DNA from: Takakia lepidozioides
Taxonomy: Eukaryota; Plantae; Bryophyta
Reading direction: 5' to 3'
DNA length: 64,000 bases
Assembly: GCA_030704615.1 (NCBI GenBank)
Contig: CM060731.1
Location: 53,258,001 to 53,322,000 of the forward strand
Shown here: in pieces, positions 22,501 to 35,479 of the stretch
How the letters are laid out: each line of letters begins with the position of its first letter
Numbering within the stretch: the first letter of the stretch is position 1
Position numbers and translations under genes: made by a program
Notes under the pieces: model-generated
Told to the model about the DNA's origin: nothing
Database searches by the model: none
The model's input: the letters and a program-made list of their open reading frames with translations, nothing else

Positions 22501-24614
22501 CTAAATGGAAGCCATCCTGTAGGTTGCTCTGCCAACAACGAACTCATACAAATGGGCAGGCAACCTTTGGTGTGCCACAGCATGCAAAGGCTTTGCCCTG
22601 GGAACTGTTATTCCGAATTTCTCTGACATGTCCAAAGTAGTGGGGTCCTGCCCAGTTGGAAGGGACCAGTCAAAGCTCTGAAGAAGGCTAGCAAGCATTA
22701 TCTGAACCATGACAAGTCCCAGCGGCATTCCCGGGCATCCCCTTCTTCCGGTTCCAAAAGGCAAAAGCTGGAAGTGCTGGCCTTTCACATCAATCTCAGG
22801 ATGCTCCATGAATCTTTCTGGATCAAACTCAAGAGGTCTTTCCCAGCTAGAAGGATCCCGGCCTATTGCCCATTGGTTGATGATCAGACGGGTTTTGTCT
22901 GGCAGAATATAACCAGCAACTTCGCATGTCTCACGAGACTCGTGGGGAGCCAGCAATGGAACCGCGGGGTGAAGGCGGAAGTTCTCTTTTATTACAGCTT
23001 GTAGGTACTCGAGATTTGGAAGGTCTGATTCCTGGACAAGCCGAGTGGTTCCAACCACAGAATCTAGTTCAGCTTGTACGCGTCTCATAAGATGAGGGTT
23101 GCGTAAAAGCTCGGCCATTGCCCATTCTGTTGTGATCGCCGATGTCTCTGATCCAGCAATCAACATGTCCTGCAACAGGTGAACACACGAATTTTGACCT
23201 CAAAGCTAGCTCTCTACCTGAAGCCGGATTTTTGATCCAGCACTGTCCTGCAACACGTGACACAAGAATTTTGACCTCAAAGCTAGCTATCTACCTGAAG
23301 CCCGATTTCTTAGGAATCTTGCATTCAACATAGCTACAACTTCACTCGTACAACTTATTCGGGACGAGCTGTCAGTGTCGATGATGATAGCTCAAGTGAC
23401 CATAGACAATTTAGTGGATTATGTACATTCATATTAAAACTTACCAGGGTCACAGCTTGTATGGTTTCATCGGAGAGACGACCAGTTCCATCTTCTGTAG
23501 GCATGGAGAGCAACACATCAACAAAGTCTTTTGGTGTATCCCTATTCCCTGTTTCCACTGATGCAGCCTTTCTGTGCTCGTCAATTGTCCACTGCCGAAT
23601 GATACTGTACAGTGCGACCTGCGTCTCCCTCATACACCCCTCGATACCTTGCAGCTTCGTCACCCACAATAAGTACGGGACGTAGTCACCAACAATGAAC
23701 ATCCCAACAAAGTGCAATAATTTGCCAACAAGTCCGTTAAACTGTTGCGCTTCTTTAGACTGGCTTTCCGCATCAATCCCGCAGATCCTGAGATAGGTGA
23801 AACTGGCAATTCAATACTAAGCGTCGATGACAGTCCTGAAGGATATGGTCTTATTCACGTTGCCTAAATTACTGTTGCAAGTCTATGATAGCCTACAGGG
23901 AGTACTGGAGGTTTCCATGGATGTTATAATATGTACAACAAAGAACTTCATATGTTCTCATAGTCTCCATTCAACAGAAACTCAAATGGCTTAGCTCATA
24001 CATCACCTTTTGTTGATCAGCATGCGACTGATGCTGTTAGTAGTGAACGACAACAACTTGAGGTTGAGGTCTACCACCTTTTCCTTCTGTGACTCCTCAA
24101 GGATGGCCTTCAATGTGGCAGTTATCTCCTCTGTCCTTGCAGATCGATACGATTCGAGGCGTTTCTGAGTGAAGAGCTCAACCAGACAGATCTTGCGTAA
24201 ATGACGCCAATAAGACCCTGAAGAAAACGCAATGTTTTTCTGATGTAAAAAAAAAATATACGAAGCCATAGTCATTGGACGATAGGCAAACGCTTGATCA
24301 TGAGTCCTGAGAAACTGTTTTGCCATCTCTGGAGTCGACGCTACAACAGTACCGTATGATCCAAGGCGCAGGTACATCAGAGGCCCATATTTCTTAGCCA
24401 GGCGTGCCAATGCTTGGTGCGGAAGATCACTCAACTCGGGTAGGTTTCCCAAGACAGGCCATGGGCGTGGCCCTGGAGGCAAGCGAGTGGGCTTTCTTAG
24501 GAAGAGATAACCGTACACTGCAATGGCGACGAGGACGCCTATCGATAGACGTAGCCCAAGTTGTTGTTGAGCCCACCGGACGATTCCTTGCAGGCCTGAT
24601 GCATATGTTTCCAT
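22501..24614 (-). CDS. Cytochrome P450, CYP71 clan (A-type); exons 24614-24007, 23787-23445, 23169-22501; ~539 aa
   Basis: Membrane anchor, LPPGPRPWP hinge, YWRHLRK, AGSETS (I-helix), KENFR (ExxR), FDPERF and PFGTGRRGCPG heme motif. GT-AG introns give a continuous 1620-nt frame. Confidence 0.93.
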
Positions 24615-25019
24615 ATTTTCTACTATCCCTCTCAAGTTCATCGGAGATCCAAGTTTGCTTCCCGATGCTGGCTCTATCCCTTGAACTGGAGTACCGATCC
24701 AGAAAATGCCTTAGAGCTCCATCTTCCACCCAGACCTCTGTATTGAATATCCTACCGCAAAGAACTTTCAGCCTTTTCCCTCAAAGGAAACCGGTGAGCT
24801 TAAACCTGTGAATGCACCGTCCAAGGCTATCGCAGTGATCAGAATCCTACAATGTAGCGCTTCTGGCAGGCTGGCCAAGGCTATCGCAGCGATCACAATC
24901 CTGCAGTGGTCAAAATCCTATAATGTTGCCAGTGCATTACAGCAGCTCCGTTCTTACTGACGTGTATCGTCTCAAGTCCCTCGATACGCCCGTGAATTTT
25001 GGGTAGCTCCCTGACCCAC

Positions 25020-25620
25020 TACACGCTTGTCCAACCCGGAATTCTTCAATTGATACTTTTGCAGACGCTTTCATCCAAAACCACAGAAAGGTCGTGCAGG
25101 CGACCGCTTATACTTGCAAGATGCGCGCCTGGAACTTTGGAGCCTCGATTCTTATGAGTTATGAATGCAGTTTGGCAATAATGGCTATCTTCCAGCCGAA
25201 GTGCGCGCGACACCCTTCATCCAACAGCTCACCAATTCTGCCGGCCTTCATGCCGCTTTCATCAACGACGTTTTCTTCTACCACTAGGAAGTCAATCCGC
25301 GCAATCTAATCAAGGTGTTGATGCATTGTGAAGACATACTGCTACCGCAAGCTGCGTGGAGAGCCGTGGACTTGGTGAACTCGTACACTCGCGTCGTGCT
25401 GGAGCTGGAGACCCAGTTGGCCGTGATGGAGGCGGAGCCTGAGCCCATGTTGCAGTGCGCCGCTATGTGGAGGAAGGTGTGAAGGAGCTCATGTCTGGCA
25501 ATCTTCACTGGCACAGCCTGGACAAGCGCTACCGGCACCCCGCCTCAGTTTTCCCAGAGCTCAGGGCCATCACCAATGTCCACCACCAACTACAAGACAT
25601 CTAGAACCTGATCAGATGCG
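25020..25620 (+). pseudogene. Microbial-type terpene synthase-like (MTPSL) pseudogene, C-terminal half
   Basis: Across frameshifts it reads KMRAWNFGAS..GYLPAEVRATPFIQQLTNSAGLHAAFINDVFFYH*E (NSE/DTE motif), then NLIKVLM..AVDLVNSY..VRRYVEEGVKELMSGNLHWHSLDKRY (WxxxxxRY). It has stops and frameshifts, and no DDxxD half was found. Confidence 0.8.
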
Positions 25621-28600
25621 CCTGCATGAAGCTTTGACCAACACTTTCACTGTCGACCATGTTAAATATGTTCCTCATATATATATGTATGTGAACTCGC
25701 ATGCTTGATCTGCATAGGAGGACGATATGTATTTTCATGCACGTCTATACTATAAAGTTTTCTATAACGTTTTGGCATCCGCACATAATGCCAGCTGCTG
25801 CTTTTGACCTGCCATCTCATGCTTTGACAAGGAAGTAGACAGACATTTTGGATTGTTCAAGCGTTATTTCTGAATCTTTGTTTGCAAATCTGCCTTTCAA
25901 AGTCCAATTTGGTACGATCTCTTTGCTCTTCCTGCTTGTTCCACTCCTCAATTTACGTCAGACATTGGTTTTCAAATTGGTGTAAGGAAAAATGAAAAAG
26001 TATGACACAGGAAAGAAGTGCAGCCCAAAACAACTAAGTACTTAATATATATATATATGTCCGAGATATGATCGTCAAAGGGGGGTTCGAAGGGTGAGGG
26101 TGGTGATCAATGGTGTGGTATATACTACGAGAGCATGAACCTTTCCAGGTTAGAATTGATAGTTCACCAATCTTGGTGTGACAATTTTGGGAGAATCGCC
26201 GGGATCTTCACTTGCAAAACTATCCTTCGCTTGAGGAACCGGTAGCAGCATTTTCAAAGTATCCATCTATCCATTCTTATGATCTTCACTGGGCAGCATT
26301 TGCGCTCTCACAATCTACCATCAATTCAATCCGAACAACCTTCATTGACATAACTCGAAATGTTTAGAAGATATTCATATTCCAAAACATAACCTTGGCA
26401 CATAGCGGCATTGAAGACAATGGCTAGAACTTCTTTTAGACGAATAATCACTGGTGCAAAAAAATCAAATAATTCACATGCACAGATGTAGAAATTGCTG
26501 TGGTAACTCTTGGCACAATAAGCTGCAGTTGGAATCTCTACGTGGACAAGGGATACAAAGAAAGAGAATTCAGAAAAGAAAGAGAGACTGAAAAGTCTCT
26601 TGGCGAACAAACTCAATTGCATTTGATTTCTGACAAGACTGGGGTGAACATCAAAGTTCCAAGAAATAGCAGTTTGTCACCTTCACAGCTCACAAAGCCC
26701 TCCCTTGATAAAGTGCCCCTGGAGGGCGATTCGGAGCTGCAGCAAGGGGAAAAAAGTCAGTGGACCTTGTTTCTCTGCACGCAGATGATGGCCGATGCAC
26801 AAAAGATTGTCACGCACTCTGGTCTCTGATGGCTTAGTTTTTTGAGCTTCCCATGGAGTTTGACATTTCATTCCCTTTCCCTTCTTCTCACTTGATGAAT
26901 GGCTTTTGGTCCATGACAAACTGAGCTGCAGTGAACTAAAACAGCCGGTCCTCCAAACAACTGTGACAAAAACAAAGGGACAGAGTGGGGTCTGACTTCC
27001 TGCAGGCTGCCATCCACCGTGCTTTTCCTTCTCATCTCATAGCTGCCAGCATCACGGACACAACTGCGTTAGCTGTCGAGGGAAAGAATAGAAAATGAAG
27101 AACCTTGGGACTTTCCAAAGTCAGAAGAGCTTAAGTATAGAACAAGAGTGCATCACAACAACTCCCTCCATGGGGTGCACAAAGGATAGCACAACGAAAT
27201 CATGGGTAGAATCACTGAAATCAAATCCAAAGAGAGTGTTGAACAGTCAGTGCATCTACAAAGGGATGCTTTAAAGCCTCCTGGAGTCAGTTGTGGGGTT
27301 TCAGCCCACCAGTGACAAATCATTAAATTGAACATTGTCCACTGGAGGCCCGTCTCATGGGATACAAAAGAACAACAACGGAGAGACATGAAATGAAATG
27401 GAACTTTATGACACGTTCCGCATAAAGCTCGAAGAGCTTAGGGGACAAGAGCAAGAATATTGAAACAAGAAGAGAGGGGCCACAAACAACCCAACAGCAA
27501 CTAAAGGAAGAGGTACCATGGAACGATCCGCGTAGATGACATTCTGCCCACCATTCCATCGCGTAGATATTTGATAGGTGGTGATGGATTGAGCATTGTA
27601 GCTGTCTGGATTATTATGAAATTGAAAGCATGTCCTTACTGTTCAGAGGTCATGTTTACAGATATGGGACATTTCAATGAACATTCCTGCAATCAGGTGA
27701 GCTTTGTAACCAGGCATTCAGGTGAGTGGGGAACTATCTTATATCACGAGGGGACTCGGACTGGATGGGCACCGGATTCAGATCAGATTTAATTTCAGAT
27801 CTTCAGATTTTATATTACTTGATCTTACTATTTGCATGGATCAATGATTGCAGGGTGTAGCAGAAGAGGTCTGGATTGCCCACATGTTCTGATCTCACCT
27901 CCATAATCCCAAATAATATAAAGAAAATCAGGACAGTGAGTGAACACCAAGCTTAGATGCAGCTGACCTCATCTGCCAAGAAAGCACCGACTCATCATTC
28001 CTAGAACTAAGCCGGGGTCAAACATGAGCTTTATTGTGCGCTTTCAGACACATTGCATCATTTCTTCAACTAAGGCTGCACAGATGAGAGGAAGTACCAG
28101 AAGCAGCATAATCACGAGCCATAGGACCAGGCTGCATCGTCAAAACCTAGCTGGCATCCGGAAATGGATGCATTGTGTGCTTTACAGCAGATATGAAGTA
28201 GAGAACAAGCTGCGAACACGACTGGTGTGGATCCAAAGGGATTTTGATTTGAAAGCACCAATTGTGTTTTGGTAATCAGCTCCAGAATTTCTCCATACAC
28301 AGCACTGCAGACCACTCCCTTTAAAGCTGTTGAAAACCCCTCTGCACACCATTTTCTGTGAAGTCACTGCTGGTCTATGATATTGATCATCAGGACCTCT
28401 GCCTTCCTCGGCGGTTTGCTGAGGACCATTGATCTCGAATATCTCTTTCCATTCAGCGATCAAAGGCTTTACCATGTTACAAGTATTGTAAATTGTTCTC
28501 CACAGATCTGTAACTCCCGAATCGAGTCATATATCATCAACCCTATTCCAAAAATATTAGTCCATGATTTTTACTGTATATGACCCTACTATGTCACACA

Positions 28601-29086
28601 CTTCCACTTGTTGAACGCAAAAAAGTTGGAAGCACGTGCCTCTTCCTCTACCTCAACATTACTCTCTCAAATATATTACACACAAGCACATGCCTGCCCA
28701 TTTCTACACCCATTACACTGTCTTCACAGATTTCTCACACAAGCAATATCTTTCAAGTATTTAACTACATTTTCTCAAAAACCTAAGGGCTGAGGTAACA
28801 GGTGAAGTTCCTGTAAAGTTTTCCCCAAGTGTTTTCCCAGATTTGAGAGTCCCGGCCCAAGAGCATAATTGTTGGGCAGACCCAAGGTGTAATCTTTGGC
28901 ACAAGTTGCTAAGCCCCGGAAAAGTAATCTGTCTCCTACTAAAGCAATTGGGTAACTCACTCTTCCCTTAAAATTAAACCATCATGAAGGACTGCAATTT
29001 GTCCAGTTCACTGTGAATCTCAATGTTAAGGTTTAACTAGTATATCCATGGGATTGCTGTAACTCACATCTGAGACTAATGAATTC

Positions 29087-30935
29087 TCATTTAGCTTGTT
29101 TAGAGGCAGCAGCTTCACCATCCACATAGCGAGAGCCCATGATTTTGCAAACAGGGAGGGTGCCATCGCTTTGGCATAGCCGGACATCAGGACCCACATT
29201 GAGGTCTTTCAGTAGCACCTTCTCCCCCACATTGAGAATGCTAAGGTCCACTTCAATGAAGGGAGGGATAGCATTTCCGGGGCACTGATATTTGACAGTC
29301 CGCATTATCGTATTCAAATATCCACCTGCAGACCAAGGAAGAAATCTGTTAGTGAAGTCAGTCCCAGTTTTGCAGTGCTCATATTCATGGAAATACAGAG
29401 TGAATTCCAGACTCAATGCAAAATGAGAGAGAGAGAGGAGTTGCATCCAAAGCACAAAAACACTCTTTGAAAGAAAACTTTGTAAACACAGTTAACAACT
29501 GATCAGAAGAAACAAAGAGAGGAGACCGCATCCAAAGCACAAAAACACTCTTTGAAAGAAAACTTTGTAAACACATTTAACAACTGATCAGGAAGAAGAA
29601 ACAAAGACCTTTTCAGAGATTACAAGGCAGAAAATAAACAAACAAATAAGACTGCAGCTACGGATCTTATAGAATCAATCATAGGGTAAAAAATAGTTCA
29701 ACCATGTCTAGCTGCTAAAACTACCCACTGGCTTCATCTGCACAACTGCACTCGTTTTCAGTACTCTTTTCAGAAGGGTAAACAGGAAAAACGGCCAAGA
29801 AACTGTTTTAGCATTTAAATAGCGACCATCGCAACAACAATAAATAGGACGAGCATTAAAGAGGAACCCTGAAAACAAGAAATGGAAGCTTCAAAGTAAG
29901 TGTGGAGAATGACAGAAGAGAACAAACCCAAAACAGAAAATTGAGAGCCTAGAAGCAAAGGAGGGACAAGAAACTGTACGGAAGAGGGATGGACCAACAA
30001 GACTTTTGATTGTAAGAAGAAACCTTCTCCTCAAAACAGAGCCAGGGCCGGGAGATGGAAGTGGATGGATAGTTACCTTTACGAATGCCAGGGCAGGCAT
30101 CTTCTCCAAGAAATATTAGAGGGATGTGGACGTTCAGGCGAGCGTGTGGTGGTGCCCTTATAAAAGTCACATTTAATATCCTGTCTGTGCCTGCATGAAT
30201 ATGAACCTTCCACCCCACAAACCCAAAACAGATCTTGTTACTGCAACTCTCTTGTGTTCAGAAACACAGGCAAGAAAAACCCTAAGGTTCTCTCACAGCA
30301 ATCCGAAGACAAATGCCAGGACAGCTGTATGCACTAACCGCGCGTGGCAAGACCCGCTCCTTTGACTGCAATTCGCCCTCGTCAGAGTAAACCTCCAAAT
30401 CAAAAGTGCGAGCCAGGAAATGGCTCTTGCCGATTTTCTTCAGTAATCTTTCCATCTGCTTCGTCTCCACCGAGATCAGCTGCTTATTTCCGCCCAGATG
30501 TCCATTTTCTTGCTCAAACACAATGCTGGGGACACGCCCCGCCTTCCTCTCCTTCTTAGACACAATCTTACCAGCTCCCAACCGCGGAACAGCCCGTACA
30601 ACCTCCTCTCCTTTCTGCTCCTCTCGAGATGCTTCCTCGACGTCCAAACTCTCTGTTTCAATCTCTGCAGCTTGCGAGTAAGCTTGATAGGGTTGGAAAA
30701 ACCAGATGGGATCACGTTTGTTCAACCAAAGGGTAGTATGAGGTAACGTCTTGCAATGTCTATGAAACACAGGACGCGGAAAGAGAAAAGTGGAAATGTG
30801 CTCAGAAATACTCGAAGATTCTTTCAGTCGATTTTCAGGTGCAGATACCAATCTGGACGCACTACGCGAATTCACGGTCACAGTGTTCTGCCGGCAAACG
30901 CGACGCACAATGGTGGTAAGAAGAGACTGCCGCAT
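29087..30935 (-). CDS. Ribosomal protein bL25/TL5/CTC family, probably mitochondrial; exons 30935-30339, 30206-30077, 29325-29087; ~321 aa
   Basis: R/S-rich presequence, then AVPRLGAGKIVSKKERKAGRVPSIVF..VHIHAGTDRILNVTF..IPLIFLGEDACPGIRKGGYLN..IPPFIEVDLS. Canonical splice sites keep the frame. Confidence 0.92.
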
Positions 30936-31177
30936 CGTGCCCACCTGCAATCTAGCGCCCTTAGAACCTAGATCCACATTCTCTCTCTCCTCGTATTACA
31001 GGTATTTGTTCAAAACAGCAACCAGTTCAACTTTGCGACTGTTTCTTCTACATCTGTATGGCCTCTCGCAGCTGTATTCAGTTCTATTCCGTATGAGCTT
31101 AGTTCTGTCTGTTGCACTAGAGAAAGTGACATTTTAGAGGTCGGTCTTGTTCTTAGAAGTGGCATTTAGAAGGTTGT

Positions 31178-31194
31178 TGGGGTTTAGGGTTTAG
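31178..31194 (-). promoter_or_regulatory. Telo-box (AAACCCTA) repeats upstream of bL25
   Basis: ggggtttagggtttag about 250 bp upstream of the ATG; typical of plant translation-machinery promoters. Confidence 0.6.
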
Positions 31195-31574
31195 ATTTTT
31201 TTGGGGCAATGATCCATGTTTTTGGGGCAGGTTTACACGAGGGCCCGGGCCCAAGACAAAGCTAGAAACAAGAAATCCTATTGGTCAAGAGCCTCAAATC
31301 GGGCCAAGCGGTTTACACGAGGGTCCGGCCCGAGACCACGAAAATGACGTGGTATGTGACATGGCATGATTTATGGCGCCAAATTCTTGGGCCAGCCCAA
31401 CAAAAGGAACTCTCTTGGGATGGAGACCCAACTCTTCCCTTTGGGCCCAAGAAACCTAATATTAAATTTTTTTTTTTAAACCTATCACAGCCGTAGGATT
31501 GAAACATGTCATAGATGGGGTTGTACGCAAGGGGAGACTATCGACACCCACCTCGCTGCAAGTGCGCGACAGAG

Positions 31575-32990
31575 CTTCTGCCACTGTAGAATCACCAGCT
31601 TACCAGTTGATTTGTTGCATCTTGTGTACAGAAATGGAAGGTTTGGCTGAGGGCTCCAGTTTCTTTCAATCTCCCACAGAGTTCGACAATGTAGAAGAGA
31701 AGATTCACCCGATTGAACATATTCAAGGTGCTGGATTTCGGCCATTTTCTGCAGCGGTTGGTGTAGCAAGGAGGAACATTTTTACCAGAGTTGTTACCAT
31801 TTGATGATCCTTCTAGGTTTGTTGAGGCCGTTGAGTTCATTGAAGGAAGACATGAGAAATTGCAGTTTGTAAAAAAAAACCGAGTTGCAGAAATACAAGT
31901 GGATGAGGATGAGGAAATACAGATTTTGCCTACTGCTCCACCAAAAAGAAGAGTAGCAGCAAAGAAGGCATCAGCAAAGGCAGTAGTGGTTGAAGATGCA
32001 GATGACGATGCCAAAAAAAATTGGGGTGACGCCGATGTGGAAGCGTTAATTGCTTTGAGAGGCGAGATAGAATTTGTGAAGAATGGCAAAAAGCAAGGTC
32101 TAATTATTACCCCAAAGCTCCATTCAGTGTTGAAAAGCTCTCAATCTGATTCAAGTTTGGATTTATACAAGGTCAATTGACATTTACAGCTTCATGTAAA
32201 ATGATACACCATTCACAAGTAGAGTCTGTCGAATTCAAATGGGCATTTCAATATTGAAATGGGCCATTTCAACGGTTCAAATGGACATTTCAATATTGAG
32301 ATGGGCCATTTCAACGGTTCAAATGGAAATTTCAATATTGAAATGGGCCATTTGGGCTATTCAAATGGCCATTTCATTTTTGGCATCCTTGTCATAGTGC
32401 CTTCATGGCCTCCAGTAGAAGGGTGCTCTGGAAGCCCAAATGATTTTGTCTTTTTGCCTTGAAAGTGTTTTAATTTGTTTCTTTCAATCTTGTTTAAATT
32501 AGGGGTGGACATGTGGTGTCGTCTTCATGCTCAATTGTTGGCATTGATTCCTGGATTTACAAGGTCAAGTGTAGCTTGCAAGAAGAAATTCAACATATTC
32601 TTCAAGCAATATAAAGAGGACAAATTGGCCAATGGGGTCTCGGGCAATGATCGTCATGAGTGTAAATTCTATGACTCAATGGATCAATGGTGGCACCAGA
32701 CAGGGACAATTTTTAAGCATGTTACAGCTTCAGCCAGTGACACCAATTTACCATGCCAAGGCAGTACAGAGCATATAGAGATTGGTGACAATGAGTTGGA
32801 AACTGAAAATGAACAAGTGACACCACCAACAGCGGCTCCAAAGGGTAAGCAAAAATTACATGATCAAGCTCTTTTAATGTTTGCTAAAGTAGTGGAGAAT
32901 AGTTCTATCATGGTGAAAAATTTCCAAAGTACAAATGTTTTGCTGAAAAGGGTGGACTACCAAATGGACCGCCTAATCAACAAACTATAG
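31575..32990 (+). CDS. Harbinger Myb/SANT-like DNA-binding protein (2 exons; exon 1 appears frameshifted)
   Basis: KNWGDADVEALIALRGE..KKQ, intron, GVDMW..RSSVACKKKFN..YKEDK..CKFYDSMDQWW. Confidence 0.75.
32236..32380 (+). repeat. Tandem ~21/42-bp repeat (aaatgggccatttcaa..) in the Myb intron
   Basis: About seven alternating units are visible directly. Confidence 0.85.
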
Positions 32991-32999
32991 TATGGCACG

Positions 33000-34435
33000 G
33001 CCTATTCAGAATCTGATCCGGATGATTCTAGGAAAGTTACTTTGGACTCGCTCTACAATTTTGCATTGTAAAATGACTTGGCCAGCAGTTCATGAGCTCT
33101 CGTAGCCTCGCCCAACATTTTTTTGATCTTCTCTTCCTTGTCTTTTCTGGTTTGTGGACCTTCTTCCGCATTGTCATTGTCACTTGAGTCTCTCCTTTCA
33201 TCAATATGTCCAGCCATTTCAGTTTGTACTAGGCACTGTAGTTGTCTCATTTGCTTTATTGCATCCTCTGCAATATGAAACATGTATTTGTTTTGAAAAT
33301 CCCCAAGTCTTTGATTGGCTTCTGTTTGCATTTCGAATTCAGCATCTTTTGCCCAATCCATGTCGAAGGTTTCGCCATGAATAATACATAGATTATGTAA
33401 GCATAGGCACGCAGTGACAACGTCGAGGACATGTCGCAATGACATGTCAATCCTCTTCAACAATATCCTCCACCTGCCTTTTAGTATTCCAAATGCTCTT
33501 TCCACAGCCATGCGAGTACTAGATTGAATGAAATTCCAATGTGTTTTTTCTCGAGACAAACCATTTTTCTCACCTTTGAATGGAGAATAAAACCAAGGGC
33601 GCATTGGATAAGCGACATCACCAATGAACTTATAAGGTAAGAATGCTCCCTTCATGGTTCTTCTACCTATGCTGGTTTTCTGAAATAAAGCTCAATCATG
33701 GGTTCTACGAGCCCAACCAAAATCATAATTCCAAAACTTGCATTTTGCATCCACCACCTCTTGTAGCAACGCTGAATAAAACCCCTTACGACAGTAATAT
33801 GAAATGGGATCATACGGAGGTGCAATTATTGGTATGTGGCTTCCATCAATTGCTCAAAGTATGTATGGTATACCATGGAGGGCTTCAATTTCCGCTGAAA
33901 TTGTCTTTATCTGTGCTGAAGATGGTTTCTCAAAAACTAAGGGTCTCAGAAGATTTCTAATTGCTCCACAACATTCCCTCACTATAATAGATGATGTACC
34001 AATGGCTACCCCATAGGTATCACCACAACCTAATAAGGTATTACCACTACCCAATCTTGATAAGGTAATTGCAAGTCTGGTCTCCACTGAAATACATTTT
34101 ATCATATTTGTATCATTCTTACTAATTTGAGGAGCTAGAACTTCACATAAATATTTGAAAGTAGCGGTACTTAACCTCGTACGCTGTCGAAACATATTCT
34201 CTGAAAAACAACCTAAAAGATGTCGCTTCTTGAAACCCTCGGGTCTCTCATAGCTCCACACCCCTCTATCTCTTGGACCTCCTCTTTCCATGATGAACAC
34301 AAGCATCATCAACAATCCAGCAAATTGCTCGTTTATAACCAGTTGTTGCAATGCCAAAATGGTTTCGATCACATGCTTGAGGGCCATGAAGAGGACCGAA
34401 GCCACCAGAATATTATGCTTTCTTGCTGCTTCCAT
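33000..34435 (-). pseudogene. Harbinger DDE transposase (HARBI1-like), disrupted
   Basis: FRQRTRLS..ISVETRLAITL..GIPYIL*AIDGSHIPI..FIGDVAYP..WNFIQSSTRMAVERAFGILKGRWRIL..ACLCLHNLC, with an in-frame stop and a frameshift. Confidence 0.92.
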
Positions 34436-34689
34436 GGTTTAGAGATTCAACTTATGCTGGAGACAACGTGAAGTAAAGAAAAGAGAGAGTGGAAGACAAG
34501 GAAGAGTGGCTGATATTGGTGTCTGTTGGGCCTTAGGCTTGGGCCCAATAGGTTTACACGGAGAGGGCCCAACTTCTCAAATAATATATTTTAATCAGTT
34601 CATCCAGCCCAATTGTGGGCCCAAAAACTCTAGTCTTGGGCCCATGATTTCTTGGGCCCGGGCCCTCGTGTAAACCGGCCACTGACCAG

Positions 34690-34888
34690 CTATTGAGTGC
34701 ATTTCCCTTGGGATAGTTTCTGTCTATTAGATGGGTCATCGTCGCCACGTCATCTCAATGAATAGGAAAAAATGGCCATTGAGTGCATTTCCCTTGGGAT
34801 AGTTTCTGTCTCTTAGAGGGGTCATCGTCGCCATGTCATCATCACCACGTTTCGTAGCCACGTCATCTCAATGAATAGGAAAAATGGA
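34690..34888 (+). repeat. Tandem duplication of ~90 bp next to the Harbinger right end
   Basis: attgagtgcatttcccttgggatagtttctgtct..catctcaatgaataggaaaaaatgg occurs twice. Confidence 0.85.
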
Positions 34889-35398
34889 CTTTGGCCATGT
34901 GGACGATTGATGTAGGATGAGAGCATACCTTGACACCATCAAAAGACTTGGACGTTGCTCTCGTCAGGTGCAAGAATTTCAGCCCAGAATTTCATGCATA
35001 CCACACTACGTGTAATCTGGTGACTACTCTTCTGCAATAGGGTTATGATCTGTGACTTCACTGCTGCTTTCAATAATCTGCACACCTCTGTTGTGGTCAT
35101 TATCATGGGCGCAGCGTCTCAAAATCTTGAGGCTGAGCCTAAAGCCCTGGGCCAGTTGTGGTCTATCTTTCGGGCTGCTCACATACAGCAGATTGATGCT
35201 TGTGTGAAGGGCTTTCAAGAGGATATCTGGAAAGCCTGAACTCATTGTTTACATCAAAGTAAGTCACGCTGCTGGAGTGAGTCCCTCACGTCTGCAGCCT
35301 GGTCATATATTCTCGAGTGCCCGAGCACTGTCTCTTTTGTTAAAAGAAAGATTTTTGCTCTTTCGCAAATATTGCCCCCAACGAAAAGAGACCTCTGT

Positions 35399-35430
35399 GG
35401 GGTTTAGGGTTTAGGGGGTTTAGGGTTTAG
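35399..35430 (+). promoter_or_regulatory. Telo-box cluster upstream of the DEAD-box helicase
   Basis: gggtttagggtttagggggtttagggtttag lies 50-80 bp before the ATG. Confidence 0.65.
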
Positions 35431-35479
35431 AAGTGGACCTTGTTTTTGGTATGCAAGTGCGGGTGGGGAGGGAGGGGAG

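Larger units (their letters stand above)
31226..34680. mobile_element. PIF/Harbinger transposon, two-gene, decayed
   Basis: 31-bp TIRs (GGCAGGTTTACACGAGGGCCCGGGCCCAAGA, 1 mismatch) enclose convergent Myb/SANT and DDE transposase genes. TSD not evident. Confidence 0.92.

Noticed and set aside
26100-28500. Several protein-like short frames (e.g. MVKPLIAEWKEIF..)
   Set aside because: Possibly gene fragments, but I recognise no family and frames break frequently.
35399-35430. TTTAGGG runs as an interstitial telomere or fusion scar
   Set aside because: Only 2-4 units, located at gene starts; better explained as telo-boxes.
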